This document shows, in pieces, positions 44,863 through 47,242 of a stretch of 47,242 bases of DNA. Under the pieces are notes generated by a model. That model made no database searches. It was not told where the DNA came from and saw only the letters and a program-made list of their open reading frames with translations. Position 1 is the stretch's first letter; the number at the start of each line of letters is the position of its first letter. A program made the translations under genes and the position numbers. The stretch lies in contig JBBEBL010000273.1 of NCBI GenBank assembly GCA_040882345.1, positions 1-47,242 on the forward strand. The letters are read 5' to 3'. Origin of the DNA: Chloroflexota bacterium. GTDB taxonomy: Bacteria > Chloroflexota > Limnocylindria > Limnocylindrales > CSP1-4.

Positions 44863-46265
44863 CCCGCGCCGACGGACTCGCGCAGGGCGTCCGGCAGCGG
44901 CCGATGGACCTCCGCCGGTCGGATGTACGCCGCGATCATGTCGCGAGTGCCGTTGACGCCGAGCTCCGTGAACAGGAACGCGACCTTGCGTCGCTGGGCG
45001 GACAGGATCTCATCCCTCGACTCGAGGTCCCACAGCTGCCGCTTGAACGGGCCGATCGCCTTCTTGCGGGTGGTGTACACGAACTGCTGGTCCGTCTGGT
45101 CTGCCTTGCGCTCGTCCGCAGCGTTCTCGAAGCACCACGCCTCGATCTCGCGGTGCAGGTCATCCGGGAAGGCCGGGTGCTCGTAGAGCGCGTTCTGGAA
45201 TCCGGTCGCCAGGTGGATCTCCGCGGTCTCGACGGCCGGGAAGCGGTGGAACAGCTCATCCGGGAGTGTGGACGCCCCATGCTGGACCGCGCCCGCTGCG
45301 CCGTACTCGCGGGCGACCTCGCCGAGCTCGCGCAGCACGTCGAAGTCCAGCTTCACCTCGGCGACGCCACCGCCCGGCAGCGGGATGCCGCCGTGGGATG
45401 TCCCGGTCTGGACGGAGACCTTGCTCACGCCCACGGAGCCCGGAGCCAGTCGATCCAGCTCGCGGCGATAGCCATCCAGGTACGCGCGCAGCTCCTCGAC
45501 TGTCGAGTTCTTCGTCCCGACCTCGCCGATCTCGCCGCCGACGCTGACCGTGACCCCGTCCGTCTCCAGCGACCGGATGAGGGCCGTGAGCTCGGCCGCG
45601 CGGGTGTAGTTCTCCCGCTGCTCCTCGTCCACGTTCGGCCTGGAGAGGTCGACGAGGGTCGAAGAATCGATATCGATGTTGCGATAGCCAGCGTCGATCG
45701 CGAGTCGACAGGCGCGACGGATCTCCTCCGTCATCGACTCCGGGTCGGCAGCGTACTTCTTGGCGTTGAACTGGTAGTGGTCGCCCTGCAGGAAGACCGG
45801 TTGGCGCCAACCGGCGGCGATCGCGCCTGCCAGGCTGGACGTCGCGAAGTCGATGGGCCGCTGGAACGTGTACGTCTGCTCGCTGCGGGCGATCTCCAGG
45901 ATGACCGCGCCCACATCGGCGCTCATCGCCGTCTCGAAGATGGTCCGCGCCATGTCGAACGTCTGCGCGCGCAGGTTGATGGCCGGGACCGTGAAGCCGT
46001 TGACCTCGCCACGGGCGCGGGCCGTGTACAGGTCCTGGATGCTGGCCGATGGCGCCCCGAGTCCCTGGCTCGCCTCCCAGACGAGCCACTGGGCGGCCAG
46101 CGTCGTTGCCTCGTCCGTACTGAACGCGGCAGTCCACGCGAGGTCGCGGATGGCCGTGGCACGGAAGGCGGCTTCATCGTCGATGACGAGTGCGTCGGCA
46201 TCGAGGTGAGCGGCGGGTCGGATGGTCTGGAGGAGATCGGCGGGTGACGTCGCGACGTGGGGCAT
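44859..46265 (-). CDS. Long-form class II (metal-dependent) ketose-bisphosphate aldolase-family protein
   Basis: ORF 44859..46265, 468 aa. FTVPAINLRAQTFDMARTIFETA, LQGDHY, GGEIGEVG, QTGTSHGG and VQHGASTLP align by eye with the FBA class II motifs (N..n.e, HxDH, E.G..GG, G..HG, HG.S). AGGAG upstream. Confidence 0.7.
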   Translation of the reverse strand: MPHVATSPADLLQTIRPAAHLDADALVIDDEAAFRATAIRDLAWTAAFSTDEATTLAAQWLVWEASQGLGAPSASIQDLYTARARGEVNGFTVPAINLRAQTFDMARTIFETAMSADVGAVILEIARSEQTYTFQRPIDFATSSLAGAIAAGWRQPVFLQGDHYQFNAKKYAADPESMTEEIRRACRLAIDAGYRNIDIDSSTLVDLSRPNVDEEQRENYTRAAELTALIRSLETDGVTVSVGGEIGEVGTKNSTVEELRAYLDGYRRELDRLAPGSVGVSKVSVQTGTSHGGIPLPGGGVAEVKLDFDVLRELGEVAREYGAAGAVQHGASTLPDELFHRFPAVETAEIHLATGFQNALYEHPAFPDDLHREIEAWCFENAADERKADQTDQQFVYTTRKKAIGPFKRQLWDLESRDEILSAQRRKVAFLFTELGVNGTRDMIAAYIRPAEVHRPLPDALRESVGAG

Positions 46266-46357
46266 GGTGCAGTCGACTCCTGGATCGGGTGTTCGGTGTC
46301 GCCATCATCCCACGGCTGGGTCCCCGCCGCGCCTGGCACACCGCCCCGCCCAGGCTC

Positions 46358-46846
46358 TCAGAGCTCGGGCTTCACGACCATGAGGAAGACGATGACGATC
46401 AGCAGCAGACCCAGGACCATGCCGCCCTGTCCGATCCGCTTGCCGATGGCGGGCAGCTCCGGCGGCGGCCCGGACGCTCCGGGCGGGGGCGGCGCCGAGG
46501 TCAGCTCGATGGCCCGCTCCACGAGCTTGCGCTGCACGAAGAACGAGTACCCGTAGGCGATGGCGTACAGCACGATGGAGATCGCCAGCCACCAGTATTC
46601 GCGCTGGAGTGGGTTGATCTGCCGGATCCCCATGATGGCCAGCCCGGTGATCGGCAGCGTGATCCCGATCGGGTAGACGAGACGGGACGACACCGCGTGG
46701 GACACGCGCATGCCGAAGTTGGCGTGCTGCGGCTCCTGGCGACCTGCGGTCCCGGAGATGGAGAACGCGAACGTCGGGCCGAACGCCACGATCGCCCCCA
46801 ACACGTGCAGGAAGATCAACCACGGGATCAGCGCGTCCATGTCCAC
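46358..46846 (-). CDS. Small integral membrane protein (DUF2269-like, uncertain)
   Basis: ORF 46358..46846, 162 aa, 4 predicted TM segments (WLIFLHVLGAIVAFGPTF..., ...GMVLGLLLIVIVFLMVV). Confidence 0.6.
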   Translation of the reverse strand: MDMDALIPWLIFLHVLGAIVAFGPTFAFSISGTAGRQEPQHANFGMRVSHAVSSRLVYPIGITLPITGLAIMGIRQINPLQREYWWLAISIVLYAIAYGYSFFVQRKLVERAIELTSAPPPPGASGPPPELPAIGKRIGQGGMVLGLLLIVIVFLMVVKPEL

Positions 46847-46919
46847 CTCCAGCGAACCCGGTCGGGACTCGGCCGACCGCCGCCGAGCATAGCGCCACGC
46901 GCGACCGGTCAGGAGCCGT

Positions 46920-47231
46920 TCATGACGTGCGTGTGCCCTTCGCCGCGAGCGGCCGATACGCCGTGATCTCCGCCCGGACGGCCGCCCGGGCGGAGATGCC
47001 AGCCGCGACGAGGTCGCGCAGGTATTCGCGCCGGCGCTCCACCTCCACCTCGAAGTCGCCGGCTCGCTTGCCGACCCGCACGGCCAGCTCCGGCGTCACG
47101 CCCCAGGCGAAGTGCTCGAAACGGTCCGTGCCGGGGTCCCAGGTCGCGAGCACAGCCGGGCCCAGGCGCTGCACGTGGCCATGCTCATCGCGAGCGGTCG
47201 GGCGGACGTAGTGCGCGGCCAGCACCCGCAT
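46920..47231 (-). CDS. Hypothetical protein (may extend beyond window end)
   Basis: ORF 46920..47231. The frame stays open upstream of the ATG to the window edge at 47242. No family recognised. Confidence 0.3.
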   Translation of the reverse strand: MRVLAAHYVRPTARDEHGHVQRLGPAVLATWDPGTDRFEHFAWGVTPELAVRVGKRAGDFEVEVERRREYLRDLVAAGISARAAVRAEITAYRPLAAKGTRTS

Positions 47232-47242
47232 GGCGCCCGGCG

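Overview
This is a very GC-rich, densely coding bacterial chromosomal window. I call 41 CDS and one tRNA-Leu. I found no rRNA, transposase, integrase, reverse transcriptase, cas gene or CRISPR array. The gene style is GTG starts, 1-4 nt stop/start overlaps (ATGA, GTGA, TGATG), and many SD-less first genes with a TANNNT box 6-9 nt upstream. Together with a Mycobacterium-like hyc/hyf hydrogenase next to a Cys-less ArsR regulator, this points to an Actinomycetota-like high-GC lineage, but the taxon cannot be fixed from sequence alone. All family calls come from reading the translations; no database search was run.

Content from left to right:
- tig-clpP-clpX (clpX is truncated by the window edge).
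- A two-gene hypothetical operon divergent from an ArsR regulator.
- A seven-gene group-4 [NiFe]-hydrogenase operon (hyfB-C-E-F-G-H-I order) that starts beside tRNA-Leu(UAG).
- Two small membrane or coiled-coil proteins, then cinA.
- A Crp/Fnr regulator, an MBL-fold hydrolase and a class III adenylate cyclase-AAA-TPR protein.
- mrp/apbC.
- potA-D-B-C plus a translationally coupled class III aminotransferase.
- About 410 bp of non-coding DNA with four copies of a 6-3-6 palindrome, then a tandem-USP gene.
- An ackA, phosphoketolase, CoA-transferase, IMPase-like and DMGDH-like gene run.
- A cluster with a second DMGDH-like gene, two choline-kinase-family kinases, two metallophosphoesterases, an APC permease, a nucleotidyltransferase-like orphan and a long class II aldolase-like gene.

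The best candidates for something undescribed are:
1. The duplicated kinase / phosphatase / FAD-THF demethylase modules around the permease (32.4-46.3 kb).
2. The palindrome array plus hairpin leader at 26.0-26.45 kb.
3. The donor-less, maturase-less Hyf-type hydrogenase with a degenerate ferredoxin motif.

All three are hypotheses, not demonstrations.
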